A DNA stretch of 64,000 nt from Alphaproteobacteria bacterium (GCA_965221125.1 CBDCRW010000007.1:704001-768000); one strand, 5' to 3'. Shown: positions 39,171-49,627, counted from the stretch's first letter. The notes: generated by a model from the sequence alone, not told the origin. Made by a program: numbers and translations.

Positions 39171-40358
39171 TCACGCTTTGAGGCGGCTGCCTAGGTGCTC
39201 GACGGCGGCCGAGACGCCGCCCTTTCCGTGCGGAATGTCGAGCGCGGCAAGGCCGGTCTCGATGGCTCCGAGCGTGCCGAGCATCATCGGTGCGTTCACG
39301 TGGCCCATGTGGGCGATGCGGAACGCGTGGCCGGCGATATCGCCGAGACCGATGCCGAGGCTCACGTTGCAGACCTCCCAGCACCAGTCGAGCAGACGGC
39401 TCAGGTCGGGATCGTCCAACAGGATCGTGGTCACCGTGGGAGACCGTTCCGCCGGCTCCGGGATGTTGAAAGCGAGCGTTCCCGCCTCGCACCAGCGCTT
39501 CACCGCCGCCTGCGTAGCGCCGGCGAGGAGCGCATGGCGACGGAAGGCGTTCTCCAGCCCTTCCTCCAAGAGCATGTCGAGGGACTTGCGCAGGCCGAAC
39601 AGCAGGTGCACCGGCGGCGTGCCGCAGTACTTCATGTAGTGGAGGTCGCCCTCGCGAACGGTCCAGTCCCAGTACCGCGTCCGCAGCCCGGCGTCGGCAT
39701 GGGCGGCGAGCGCCTTCTCTCGCGCGGCGATGAAGCTCAGGCCGGGCGTCATCATGAGCCCCTTCTGCGCACCCGCCACCGCAACATCAATTCCCCAGTC
39801 GTCCATCTCGAAGGGCATCGAGCCGAGCGACGCGATGACATCGACCATGAAGAGCGCATCGTGGCCGCTCGCCCGGATGGCCTTGCCCAGGGCCGGGATG
39901 TCGTTCACGACGCCGGAGGCTGTATCCACCTGCACCACCAGGATGGCCTTGATCTCGCCCGCCTTGTCGGCGCGAAGGCGCCTCTCCAGCGCTTCGGCCG
40001 ACACCGCGCGTCGGGGCCGTTCCGCCAGCACCTCCACCTCGACGCCAAGCGCCTCGGCCATCTCGCCCCACCCGACGGCGAAACGCCCGCTCTCCAGCGC
40101 CAGCACCTTCTCGCCGCGGGAGAGCACGTTGGAGAGCGCCGCCTCCCAGGCGCCGTGGCCGTTGGCGATGTAGATGTAGGTGCGCCCCTGTTCCGTGCGG
40201 AAGACACGCCGGAGGTCGTCCAGGCACGTATCGGTAACGGCCGTCAGTTCCTCGCCGTAGATGTCGACGGCCGGGCGCTGCATGGCCTGCAGCACCTCGT
40301 GGGGAACGGTGGTCGGGCCGGGCAGGGCCAGGAAATCGCGGCCGCGGCTTACGGTCAT
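39171..40358 (-). CDS. Class V aminotransferase (serine--glyoxylate/alanine--glyoxylate type)
   Basis: PGPT, NGHGAWEAA, DTASG, AQKGLM (PLP lysine) and FRIAHMG. Confidence 0.9.
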   Translation of the reverse strand: MTVSRGRDFLALPGPTTVPHEVLQAMQRPAVDIYGEELTAVTDTCLDDLRRVFRTEQGRTYIYIANGHGAWEAALSNVLSRGEKVLALESGRFAVGWGEMAEALGVEVEVLAERPRRAVSAEALERRLRADKAGEIKAILVVQVDTASGVVNDIPALGKAIRASGHDALFMVDVIASLGSMPFEMDDWGIDVAVAGAQKGLMMTPGLSFIAAREKALAAHADAGLRTRYWDWTVREGDLHYMKYCGTPPVHLLFGLRKSLDMLLEEGLENAFRRHALLAGATQAAVKRWCEAGTLAFNIPEPAERSPTVTTILLDDPDLSRLLDWCWEVCNVSLGIGLGDIAGHAFRIAHMGHVNAPMMLGTLGAIETGLAALDIPHGKGGVSAAVEHLGSRLKA

Positions 40359-40488
40359 GGCTCACCTCGCGGAGTTCGGCGGGCGGGCGCGCCGCCGGGG
40401 CTTGCCCTACCGCTCTCACATCGGTTCGGCAAGCCCGTCGTTCAAGCGCTCGGCGGCGGAGGGTGGCGTGGAACCGAAGACTCGACCG

Positions 40489-41334
40489 TCACAACCCCAT
40501 CTGGGCAAGCACCGCCTGCGTAAGGGCGCTGCCGGGGCGACCCATTTCCATCACCACGTTGAAGTGGTGCAGCCCCTCGATCTCCATGACCGCGGCCTCG
40601 AAGCCGCGCGCCTGCCAGGCCTCGGCGAATGCCCGGTTCTGAGCTACGAAGGCTTCGGTCTCGGCGTCGCCGACCACGGCGACGAGCGGAGCCCCTGTCG
40701 CCGGGAGATTGTGTATGGGGCTGTTGCGTGCAGCCGCTTCCGCGTCGAGACGGACATCGTCGTTGATGCTGGTTTCCATGAGCGGCGCGAGGTCGAAGAT
40801 GCCCGAAATCGGCGTGCCGCCCTTCACCAGATCCGCAGGGCGCCCGCGCGCAGCCCAGTCGGTGCAGAGCATCGCCGCGGTCAGGTGCCCGCCTGCGGAG
40901 TGGCCGGAGACGAAGATGCGGTCGGGGTCGCCGTTGATCCGCGCGGCATTGTCGGCGATCCACTCGACGGCGGTGCGGCATTGTTCCACGATCGTGTCGA
41001 GTGTCACCGCCGGCGCCAGCGCGTAGTTGAGCGAGACGGCCGCACCGCCAGCGGCGACGAAGCCCTCGGCGGGAAACGAGTGAATGTCCTTGTCCATGGA
41101 CCGCCAGTAGCCGCCGTGGATGAAGACCTGGATCGGGGCGCCTTCCGCAGGGGCCGGGAAGAGGTCGGCGGTCATGTTGGGGCCGGCGCCGTAGCGTACA
41201 TCGAGGATGCAGTCGAGAGTGTCCCGGACCCGCGCGCTCTCCGACTCCCACACCGCGAAATAATCTTCGAAGTCCGGGTGACGCAGCCGCAAATTGTAGC
41301 CGGCCTCCTGGGGTAGGTTCCGTTGTTCGCTCAT
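40489..41334 (-). CDS. Alpha/beta hydrolase (arylformamidase/kynurenine formamidase-like)
   Basis: FIHGGYW, GHSAGG and LHHF motifs. Confidence 0.88.
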   Translation of the reverse strand: MSEQRNLPQEAGYNLRLRHPDFEDYFAVWESESARVRDTLDCILDVRYGAGPNMTADLFPAPAEGAPIQVFIHGGYWRSMDKDIHSFPAEGFVAAGGAAVSLNYALAPAVTLDTIVEQCRTAVEWIADNAARINGDPDRIFVSGHSAGGHLTAAMLCTDWAARGRPADLVKGGTPISGIFDLAPLMETSINDDVRLDAEAAARNSPIHNLPATGAPLVAVVGDAETEAFVAQNRAFAEAWQARGFEAAVMEIEGLHHFNVVMEMGRPGSALTQAVLAQMGL

Positions 41335-41367
41335 CCCGTCGCTCCAGTCGTTCAAGTCCCGCTGCCG

Positions 41368-42837
41368 TCACTCTCCCCGCAACACGTCGAAGGCGATGCT
41401 GATGCGCTCGCCCGCGCCGCTGAAGGGCAGGGTGCGGTGAAACATGTAGGAGGGGAAGAGCAGCATCAGCCCCTCCTCGGGCTCGATCAGCCGTGTTTCC
41501 GGCTCCGCCCTGATTCGAAAATCCCAGTAGGGGCGGCCGAACTCGATCCAGCCCGCCGTCCCCTCGTCGTCCGCGCCCAGGGTCGGGGGGAGCTCGACGT
41601 AGTAGACGCCGCTCAGCCAGGCCGAGGGGTGAATGTGGGGCACCTGATAGGCGCCTTCGTCGAGGATGACCCCCCATGCCGTGATCCTGACACGATCCGG
41701 GATATCGGCCAGGAAGGGATGGCTCAGCTCCTGCGGCATCGCCGTCCGGTATCGGTCCACAGCGTCTTCCACCAGCGAGCGGAACGCCGCCGCCGCGCCG
41801 CAGCCGGGCAGCAACTCGCCCGTGCTCCGGCCACGTTCCATGGAGTAGCTCTCGGGCGCCGCCTGGAGCGTCGGGTGGCCCCGAACATGGGCGGCCAGCG
41901 CCGCGTTGAGGGCTCCCATGTCCGCGTAGCTCTCTGGCGGCGCGCAGCGTTCGTGCCGCAGCAGGCGATCGAAATCGAGCAGCGAGCGTGCCCGGTTCGT
42001 CTCGCCCGCCTCCCGCAAGGCGACGGCCTTCATCGCGAGCGCGCCGCTTTGGCCGGGGTGCCGTGCCAGCAGGTCGTCACAGGCCTCGAGCGCCGCTCCC
42101 GGGTCGCCGCGGTCGAGATGGGCATGGACGTGGCGCGGTTTCCCGACCTCGAACGAGGCGTCGAGGATGTCCTCTCTGAGTGCTGCCGCCTGCCCATACG
42201 CCGCGATGGCCTCGTCGAGCCGGCCCTGGGCATAGAGAACGTTGCCGAGGGCGAAGCAGGCCTCGGCGTGCTCCGACTCGACGGAGAGTGCCCGGCGGAA
42301 GCTGTCCTCTGCCCCATCGAGGTCGCCTTGGGCGTGGCGGACCAGGCCGATGCGGAGGAGCGTGCCGGCATGGTCGGGGCGGAGCGTGGCGGCACGACCC
42401 AAGGCTTCGGCGGCGCCGTCGAGGTCTCCCTTGGCCCGTAGCGCCTGGCCCAGATTGAGGTGCGTCTCGGCCCTCTCCGGATCGAGCTCGACCGCCCGCC
42501 GGTAGGCGCCAATCGCGGCATCGACGCGGCCGGTGGCCTGCAGCACGTTGCCGAGGTCGTTGTGGGCGCCCGCGTCTTCAGGTTCGAGGGCCACGGCGCG
42601 CTGCAGGAGCGCTGCCGCCTCGTCCGCCGCATCCAGCCGGAAGGCGACCAGCGCGCAAGCCTTCAGCGCGTCCCGGTGGTCGGGCTTGGCGGCGAGAACC
42701 GCGCGGTAGAGCGCGTGCGCTTCCGCCAGCTTTCCGGTCCGCGCGTACCGCGCCGCGCGCCCCATTGCCTCGCGGACCCGCGTGGGCGAGAGCCGCCCGC
42801 CCTTGTTGCCGCCCGCTCGGCGATTGCCAGCTGTCAC
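41368..42837 (-). CDS. TPR-repeat protein with a C-terminal putative 2OG-Fe(II) oxygenase domain
   Basis: Multiple TPRs; PHIHP.AWLSGVYY, LFPSYMFHRT and RISIAFD. GGAGGAG RBS precedes GTG 42837. Confidence 0.82.
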   Translation of the reverse strand: MTAGNRRAGGNKGGRLSPTRVREAMGRAARYARTGKLAEAHALYRAVLAAKPDHRDALKACALVAFRLDAADEAAALLQRAVALEPEDAGAHNDLGNVLQATGRVDAAIGAYRRAVELDPERAETHLNLGQALRAKGDLDGAAEALGRAATLRPDHAGTLLRIGLVRHAQGDLDGAEDSFRRALSVESEHAEACFALGNVLYAQGRLDEAIAAYGQAAALREDILDASFEVGKPRHVHAHLDRGDPGAALEACDDLLARHPGQSGALAMKAVALREAGETNRARSLLDFDRLLRHERCAPPESYADMGALNAALAAHVRGHPTLQAAPESYSMERGRSTGELLPGCGAAAAFRSLVEDAVDRYRTAMPQELSHPFLADIPDRVRITAWGVILDEGAYQVPHIHPSAWLSGVYYVELPPTLGADDEGTAGWIEFGRPYWDFRIRAEPETRLIEPEEGLMLLFPSYMFHRTLPFSGAGERISIAFDVLRGE

Positions 42838-42890
42838 CGCGTCACTCCTCCGTGCGCCATGCGCGATGGCGGCGATGCTACCACGCGCCC

Positions 42891-44003
42891 TCAGTCGCCG
42901 AGCGATTGACGATGCCCTGCGGGAGCTGGCCGATGGTGGGCAGCGTGGCGCACGAGCTTCCGGGTCAGCGTCGGGAGCGCATGGTCCGAAAAACGCGAAG
43001 GATGACACCAGATGTCGTCGCCCTGTGTGCCGCCGCCCGCGCTTTCGGTCTCGGCAGCCGCGATCACCAGCTCGATCTCGAAATGGGTGAAGCCGTGGCG
43101 GACCGGCTCCGGTAGCGCCTGCCACTGGCTCTCCAGGGGCGCATGAGCCGTGGCCGCCGCCAAGTCCCAGGGTTCATCTCTCCAAGGTGTGGTGGGCAGC
43201 TCGATCATCCCGCCGAGCAGGCCCTTGTCCGGCCGGCGCCGCAGCAGCACGGCCCCGTCCCCCCGCATCAGCCAGAAGGAGACGCCGTGCCGCAGCGGTC
43301 GCGGCCGCTTCGGCGCCCGGCGCGGCAATTCTTCGGCCAGCCCGCGCGCGAGCCCTTGGCAGGCATCCCGCCAAGGGCAGGCAAGGCAGCCCGGACTGCG
43401 CGGGGTGCAGACGGTTGCGCCAAGGTCCATCAGCGCTTGCGCGTAATCGCCCGGTCGGGCCTCGGGCGTAAGCGCGGCGGCGAGCGCGTAAAGCCTGGGC
43501 TTGGCCGCAGGAAGCGGGGTCTCGACCGCGCGAAGCCGTGCGATCACCCGCTCGACGTTGCCGTCGACGACGGTCGCCGGCCGGTCGTGGGCAATGGCCG
43601 CGATCGCCGCAGCGGTGTAGCGCCCGATTCCCGGCAACGCCCGCAGCGCAGCCTCCTCGCTCGGGAAGCGCCCGCCGTGATCGGCCAGCACGCGCCGTGC
43701 GCAGGCATGCAGGTTGCGCGCGCGGGCGTAGTAGCCGAGCCCCTGCCAGGCGTGGAGCACCTCGTCGAGTTCGGCCTCTGCTAGCGCGTCGAGGGTCGGC
43801 CAACGCTCCAGGAAGCGCTCAAAGTATCCGGCGACGACCGGGACGGTCGTCTGCTGCAGCATGATCTCGCTGAGCCAGACCCGGTACGGGTCCGGCCGCG
43901 TGCCGGGCGCGGCGCGCCAGGGCAGGCGGCGGCGGTGGCGGTCGTACCAGTCGAGCAGCGCCTCGACCAGGTGCGCAGGCGTGGCGAGATCGGCGGCGGT
44001 CAT
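42891..44003 (-). CDS. mutY: A/G-specific adenine glycosylase
   Basis: SEIMLQQT, GLGYYARARN, LPGIGRYTA, VDGNV, Fe-S cysteines, HGFTHF. Confidence 0.96.
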   Translation of the reverse strand: MTAADLATPAHLVEALLDWYDRHRRRLPWRAAPGTRPDPYRVWLSEIMLQQTTVPVVAGYFERFLERWPTLDALAEAELDEVLHAWQGLGYYARARNLHACARRVLADHGGRFPSEEAALRALPGIGRYTAAAIAAIAHDRPATVVDGNVERVIARLRAVETPLPAAKPRLYALAAALTPEARPGDYAQALMDLGATVCTPRSPGCLACPWRDACQGLARGLAEELPRRAPKRPRPLRHGVSFWLMRGDGAVLLRRRPDKGLLGGMIELPTTPWRDEPWDLAAATAHAPLESQWQALPEPVRHGFTHFEIELVIAAAETESAGGGTQGDDIWCHPSRFSDHALPTLTRKLVRHAAHHRPAPAGHRQSLGD

Positions 44004-44070
44004 CGAGGGTGGCGCTTCACAGCAGCGCTCGTTGGGCGTACATCGTGAGGCGGACCCCGGATGTCATGCA

Positions 44071-44541
44071 GTGACCAGACGCAAGGCCCGCCAGGCGCAG
44101 CCGCTCGCCCGGCTTGTCGGCAGAATTGCCGCCAAGTCCTTCGAGTCGCGCGGACTCGCCGCGGCCGAGATCGCCAGCGAGTGGCCCGCGATCGTGGGTG
44201 AGGCCACCGCCGCCAGTTCGTGGCCCGATCGGCTGGGGCGGGACGGCACGCTCAGGGTCTGCGTAGCGGGGCCGGTCGCGGTCGAGCTTCAGCATCTCGA
44301 ACCCCAGATTCTTGAGCGAATCGCTATCTACTATGGCTACCGCGCGGTGACGCGGATCGCCTACGTGAACCGTGCGGCGCCGTCGCGAACGCCGGACCGG
44401 AAGCGTCGGATGCCCAAAAAAATCGACTCGGAGTCGGCCGCGCGTGTCGAAAACACCGTCGACTCCACGCAGGACAGCCGCCTGAGGTCGGCGCTCGCGG
44501 CTCTCGGCCGAGCGGTCCTCACCAACGCGCAGAGAAAGTAA
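44071..44541 (+). CDS. dciA: DUF721/DciA-family protein
   Basis: W..IVG, ELQH.EP.I.ERI..YYG...V..I and L..AL..LG motifs; divergent from mutY as in other alphaproteobacteria. Confidence 0.78.
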   Translation: MTRRKARQAQPLARLVGRIAAKSFESRGLAAAEIASEWPAIVGEATAASSWPDRLGRDGTLRVCVAGPVAVELQHLEPQILERIAIYYGYRAVTRIAYVNRAAPSRTPDRKRRMPKKIDSESAARVENTVDSTQDSRLRSALAALGRAVLTNAQRK

Positions 44542-44667
44542 CGCATTGATAATTGGCGTGTAATTCCTCTGAAACTCTGGCGTTCGCGGTTCGCCTGCGC
44601 CGTGGAACGGTACCGCGGCAGCAGGAACTATACTTTTCGTTGCGAGAGTGCGTACAGTCCGGCCCGA

Positions 44668-45411
44668 ATGGTGAACGAAATCGCCACGCCGCTGGAAACC
44701 CCACCGGACGCCGGAAGGGATTCGGTATTCTCGTCCTTGCGGCATGTGGATCAGCCGCCGCTGGCGCTGCCGCCCGAACTGGCCTTCGACAGCCGACTCC
44801 GCATGGAGGGGCTGCAGTTCCTCAGCCTGCTGCCCTCGGCCGCAGTTCCGGTCGCGTTCCTGGACCCGCAATACCGTGGCGTGCTCGATCACCTGGCTTA
44901 CGGCAACGAGGGCGTGCGCCGCGGCGCCGCCCGCACCGCCCTGCCGCAGATGACCGATGAGATCCCGTCGTTCATCGAGGAGATTTGCCGCTGCCTGATG
45001 CCGAGCGGCCACCTTTTCCTGTGGACGGACAAGTACCATCTTTGCACCGGGTTCGGCGACTGGCTCGAAGGCACGTCGCTGGAAATCGTGGACATGGTGA
45101 CGTGGCACAAGAAGCGGATCGGCATGGGCTACCGCACGAGGCGTGCCAGCGAGTACCTGATCGTGCTGCAAAAAGCGCCGCGCAAGGCCAAGGGTGTGTG
45201 GAAGGTCCACACCATCCCGGATGTGTGGAGCGAATCGGTCGGCAAGCGCGACCAGGTCCACCCGAAGCCGGTGGGCCTCCAGAGCGTCTTGATCGAGGCC
45301 GTCAGCAATCCGGGCGACGTGGTGATCGACCCCGCCGCAGGTTCGTTCTCGGTCATGGAGGCGTGCAGGCAGAAGGGCCGCACCTTCCTCGGGTGCGACA
45401 TCAACGGATGA
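44668..45411 (+). CDS. Orphan N6A/N4C DNA methyltransferase (beta-type motif order)
   Basis: Catalytic motif FLDPQY precedes HPKP and the SAM-binding motif VIDPAAGS; ends FLGCDI. Start could be 44602. Confidence 0.88.
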   Translation: MVNEIATPLETPPDAGRDSVFSSLRHVDQPPLALPPELAFDSRLRMEGLQFLSLLPSAAVPVAFLDPQYRGVLDHLAYGNEGVRRGAARTALPQMTDEIPSFIEEICRCLMPSGHLFLWTDKYHLCTGFGDWLEGTSLEIVDMVTWHKKRIGMGYRTRRASEYLIVLQKAPRKAKGVWKVHTIPDVWSESVGKRDQVHPKPVGLQSVLIEAVSNPGDVVIDPAAGSFSVMEACRQKGRTFLGCDING

Positions 45412-45421
45412 GGATATCTTC

Positions 45422-46039
45422 ATGATTTCGCGTCGTTTCCTTCTGGGCTCAATGGCGGCCGTTCCACTTGCCTCGGTGTTGGTGCCGCTGCCCGGCACCG
45501 CGGCTGGCATCGGCGAGAAGCCCGGCGACCTTGCGCTCGGCGACCCCGACGCGCCGGTGACGGTGATCGAGTTTTTCTCGCTCACCTGCCCGGCCTGCCG
45601 CCGCTTTCACATGAACATCTACAACCGGCTCAAGCCTGACTACGTGGATACCGGCAAGGTCCGGTTCGTAGCGCGCGACTTCCCGCTCAACGCACCCGCG
45701 CTTCAGGCGGCGGTGCTCACCCACTGCGCCGGACGCGACCGCTACTTCGCCTTCGTCGACGTCCTGTTCCAGACCTTCGACGATTGGGCGGGTTCGGGCG
45801 CGTACACGGAGAAGCTGGCGCAGATCGGCGAGCTGGGCGGCGTGAGCCGCGACCGCTTCGATGCGTGTCTGGCGGACCAGGATCTCGAAAACTCGATATT
45901 CCAATCGATTGCATCGGCGCAGGCCGAGTATGAGGTCGACAGCACGCCGACGGTGATCGTCAACGGCGAGAAGTACGAGGGCAGGATGACCTTCGAGTCA
46001 TTCGCCGCGCATATCGACCGTCTCATCTCGGGTTCGTAG
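45422..46039 (+). CDS. DsbA-family thioredoxin-like protein with Tat-like signal
   Basis: SRRFLL signal, CPAC active site, RDFPL and STPT. Confidence 0.9.
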   Translation: MISRRFLLGSMAAVPLASVLVPLPGTAAGIGEKPGDLALGDPDAPVTVIEFFSLTCPACRRFHMNIYNRLKPDYVDTGKVRFVARDFPLNAPALQAAVLTHCAGRDRYFAFVDVLFQTFDDWAGSGAYTEKLAQIGELGGVSRDRFDACLADQDLENSIFQSIASAQAEYEVDSTPTVIVNGEKYEGRMTFESFAAHIDRLISGS

Positions 46040-46054
46040 ACGGAGAGAGGACGC

Positions 46055-49000
46055 GTGCAGGTAACGAAGCTCAGAGTCGCGGGCTTCAAGTCCTTCGTCG
46101 AGCCGACGGAGCTGCACATCGAGCGCGGGCTGACGGGGATCGTCGGCCCCAACGGCTGCGGCAAGTCGAACCTGGTCGAGGCGCTGCGCTGGGTGATGGG
46201 CGAGACCGCACCGCGCCAGGTGCGCGGCGGCGGCATGGAGGACGTGATCTTCGGCGGCACCTCCCGCCGCCCTGCCCATGCCATCGCCGAAGCCACGCTC
46301 AGCCTCGACAATTCGGACCGGACCGCGCCGCCGGGCTTCGAGGATGCGGCCGAGGTCCAGGTCACCCGCCGTATCGAGCGCGGCGAGGGCTCGGCCTATA
46401 CCGTGAATGGCGACGAGGTCCGCGCCCGCGACGTGCAAATTCTGTTCGCCGACGCTGCGACCGGCTCGCACAGCTCGGCGCTGGTAGGACAGGGACGAAT
46501 CGGCGACATCATCGGCGCCAAACCGGCCCAGCGCCGGGCCCTCCTCGAAGAAGCAGCCGGCATCGCCGGCCTGCACGCGAGGCGCCACGAAGCGGAGCTC
46601 AAGCTGAGGGCGGCCGAGACGAACCTGGAGCGCCTCCAGGACGTGATCGGCACCCTGGAGGCGCAGCTCCGCGATCTCGAGCGCCAGGCGCGCCACGCCA
46701 AGCGCTACAGGCGCCTCTCCGAGAGGATTCGCGAGACCGAGGCTGCGCTGCTTCTCATCCGTTGGATCGCGGCCAGGGCCCGTGTCGAGGAGGTGACGCG
46801 CCAGGCGGACGACGCTGCCCGCCGGGTGGCCAAGGCCACCGAAGAGGCTGCCGACGCCGCCCGCCGCCAGGCGGACACGACTGCCGTTCTGCCGGAGCGG
46901 CGCCAGCACGAGACCGAACGCGCCGCTGCCCTTCAGCGCCTGCGAATCGAGCACGATCGGCTCGCCGAAGAGGAAGAGCGGGTCGCCCGCGCCCGCGAGG
47001 AAAATTCGCGCAAGCGCGCCCAGATTGCCGCCGATGTCGAACGCGAAGAGGCGCTGGCTCAGGACGCGGAATCGGCGCAGGCGCGCGTCGACGAGATCCA
47101 CGAGAGGCTGGCCCGTGCAGCCGAGGGCGACGCCGCGGCGGAAGCTGCGGCGCGCACCGCGCGAGAGGACGCGCAGGCCGAGGTCGAGGCGGTCGAGCAG
47201 CGCCTCGCGGCGCTCGTTCAAGCGCAGGCACGGGCTGAGGCCGAGCGCGAGGCGCTGGGCAAGCGGATCGACGAGGCCCGGCAGCGCAGGGAGCGGCTTG
47301 AGCACGACCTCGCGCGGGCCCGGGCTGAGCGTGCGGCGCTGGAGCAGGCCGGGCCCGCTGACGGCCGGCTCAGGGAAGCGCAAGAGGAAGAGCGCGTCCG
47401 GGCCGGAGGCTTCGAGGCTGCGCGTGAGGCGCTGCAGAAGGCGGAAGCAGCACGGGCGCAGGCGGAAGACCGCGAACGCGCGCTGCGCGAAAGGCTGCGC
47501 GAAGCCGATGCCGCGCTTGCAGGCAGCGAGGCCGAGCGCGCGGCCCTTGCTGCGTTGCTTGACGATCCGAGCGCCGGTCCGGGCCGCGCCCTCTGGGATC
47601 GGGTCACGGTCAAGCCCGGATTCGAGGCTGCCGTGGGTGCCGCGCTCGGCGACGACCTTCAGGCCAGCACGGACGACGGTGCGCCGATGCATTGGCGCAC
47701 GTTGCCGCTTACGGGCGACCCCCAGCCGCTACCCGATGGTGCCGCGCCGCTGGCGGATGCCGTGCGCGGTCCTGAGGCGTTGGCGGCACGCCTCTCCCAG
47801 GTGGGCGTGGTGGCGGAGGCGGATGGGGCTCGCTTGCAGGCGGAGCTTCGCACCGGCCAGCGGCTGGTGAGCAGAGAGGGCTCGCTCTGGCGTTGGGACG
47901 GCTTCACGGTGGCCGCCGAAGCGCTGACGGCTGCCGCCCGCCGTCTGCAGGCGCGCAACAGGCTGGCCGTGCTGGTCGAGACGTGCGCGCAGGCCGAAGC
48001 GGAGAAACGCGCGGCGGAGAACGCGGTCGCGACGGCGGCGGCGGCCAGGGAAGACACCGAAACGGCGTGCCAACACGCCCGTGCGCTGACCGATGAGGCC
48101 GCGGATGCCCTCCGGACGGCACGGGAGGCGCGCGCGACGGCCTCGGCCGAGGCGGCGGCAACGCGCTCGCGTCTCGCCGCCCTCGACGAGACGGGCGCAC
48201 GGATCGCAAGCGACATCGCCGAGGCTGGAGAGGCGGAACACCTGGCGCGCGCAGCGCTGGACGTGTTGCCGGCAGCGGGAGCCGGGAAGGGGGACGAGAT
48301 TGTCCCCTTGCAGGCCACCCTCGCGGAGCTTCGCGCACGTTACGAAGAGAGCGCGAGGCGGCACCATCAGGTCGCGCAGGCGGCGGACGGGCGCGGCGCG
48401 CGGCTCGCCGAGCTGGCGCGGGAAAGCGAGAGCTGGGCCGCACGTATCGGCAGTGCGCGCGAGCGGCTGGGCGAACTCGCTGAACGGCTGACCGAGGCCC
48501 GATCGGAACAGGCCGCCCTCGACGCGCGGCCGACCGAGCTCGAAGCGCGACGCGCGGGATTGCTCGGCACGATCGAACGCGCACAAGGCGAGCACCGCGA
48601 TGCCGTCGATGCTCTGGCCAGCGCCGAGCAGGACGCCAAGGCGTCGTCGGGCGCGCTCAAGCAAGCCGAATCGGCGCTGGGCGAGGCGCGCGAAGCCGCG
48701 GCCCGGCTCGAGGGCCTTGTCACCGAGGCCGGGCAGGCGGAGACCGTTGCGGCGGGCCAGATCACCGAGCGTCTCGGCGTGGAGCCGGCGGAGGCGCGCG
48801 CGATTGCCGCGCTCGACCCCGACGGTGCGCTTCCCGAAGCCGAGGCGGTGGAGGTCAAGCTCCAGCGCCTGATTCGCGAGCGCGAAAACATCGGCGCCGT
48901 GAACCTGCGGGCGGAAGCCGAGGCGAGCGAGCTCGACGAGCGCATCAGGGAGATGCAGGAGTCCCGCGCCGACCTGCTGGAAGCCATCGCGCGCCTGCGC

Positions 49001-49516
49001 CGCGGTATCGCCAGCCTCAACCGAGAGGGACGGGAGCGGATGCTGGAGGCTTTCGGCAAGATCGACGGGCACTTCCGGCGGCTGTTCACCGAGCTGTTCG
49101 GCGGCGGCAAGGCCCATCTCGCGCTGGTCGATTCCGACGATCCGCTGGAGGCCGGCCTGGAGGTCGTGGCGAGCCCGCCGGGCAAACGGCCGCAGTCGCT
49201 CTCGCTGCTCTCCGGCGGGGAGAAGGCTTTGACCGGCATAGCCCTGGTCTTCGCCGCCTTCCTCACCAACCCGGCGCCCATCTGTGTGCTCGACGAAGTC
49301 GATGCCCCCCTCGACGACAGCAACGTGGAGCGCTTCTGCACGCTCATCTCGCGGCTGGCGAAGGAGACGGACACCCGTTTCATCGTCGTGACGCACCATC
49401 GCATCACGATGGCCCGCGTCGACCGGCTGTTCGGCGTCACTATGGTGGAGCAGGGGGTTTCCGAGCTCGTCTCGGTCGATCTCGAGCGCGCGGTCGAATT
49501 GCGCGAGACCGCCTGA
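46055..49516 (+). CDS. smc: Chromosome segregation protein SMC
   Basis: GFKSF, GPNGCGKSN, long coiled coils and hinge, LSGGEK, LDEVDAPLD. Confidence 0.96.
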   Translation: MQVTKLRVAGFKSFVEPTELHIERGLTGIVGPNGCGKSNLVEALRWVMGETAPRQVRGGGMEDVIFGGTSRRPAHAIAEATLSLDNSDRTAPPGFEDAAEVQVTRRIERGEGSAYTVNGDEVRARDVQILFADAATGSHSSALVGQGRIGDIIGAKPAQRRALLEEAAGIAGLHARRHEAELKLRAAETNLERLQDVIGTLEAQLRDLERQARHAKRYRRLSERIRETEAALLLIRWIAARARVEEVTRQADDAARRVAKATEEAADAARRQADTTAVLPERRQHETERAAALQRLRIEHDRLAEEEERVARAREENSRKRAQIAADVEREEALAQDAESAQARVDEIHERLARAAEGDAAAEAAARTAREDAQAEVEAVEQRLAALVQAQARAEAEREALGKRIDEARQRRERLEHDLARARAERAALEQAGPADGRLREAQEEERVRAGGFEAAREALQKAEAARAQAEDRERALRERLREADAALAGSEAERAALAALLDDPSAGPGRALWDRVTVKPGFEAAVGAALGDDLQASTDDGAPMHWRTLPLTGDPQPLPDGAAPLADAVRGPEALAARLSQVGVVAEADGARLQAELRTGQRLVSREGSLWRWDGFTVAAEALTAAARRLQARNRLAVLVETCAQAEAEKRAAENAVATAAAAREDTETACQHARALTDEAADALRTAREARATASAEAAATRSRLAALDETGARIASDIAEAGEAEHLARAALDVLPAAGAGKGDEIVPLQATLAELRARYEESARRHHQVAQAADGRGARLAELARESESWAARIGSARERLGELAERLTEARSEQAALDARPTELEARRAGLLGTIERAQGEHRDAVDALASAEQDAKASSGALKQAESALGEAREAAARLEGLVTEAGQAETVAAGQITERLGVEPAEARAIAALDPDGALPEAEAVEVKLQRLIRERENIGAVNLRAEAEASELDERIREMQESRADLLEAIARLRRGIASLNREGRERMLEAFGKIDGHFRRLFTELFGGGKAHLALVDSDDPLEAGLEVVASPPGKRPQSLSLLSGGEKALTGIALVFAAFLTNPAPICVLDEVDAPLDDSNVERFCTLISRLAKETDTRFIVVTHHRITMARVDRLFGVTMVEQGVSELVSVDLERAVELRETA

Positions 49517-49598
49517 ACCCTCCCGCCTAATTTTCCCGATACAACATTATCCCATTATTTCAACACATTAGACAGGGCACGAACGGCGTTGCGCCGGC

Positions 49599-49627
49599 TT
49601 GACAGGGGGCAGGGCAGCCCCTATGGT
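49599..49627 (+). promoter_or_regulatory. Sigma70 promoter of the F0 operon
   Basis: TTGACA-N17-TATGGT preceded by an AT-rich tract. Confidence 0.75.

Noticed and set aside
44668-45411. Calling the methyltransferase ccrM because of its proximity to mutY
   Set aside because: Too short, has DPQY rather than DPPY, and lacks the CcrM C-terminal domain.
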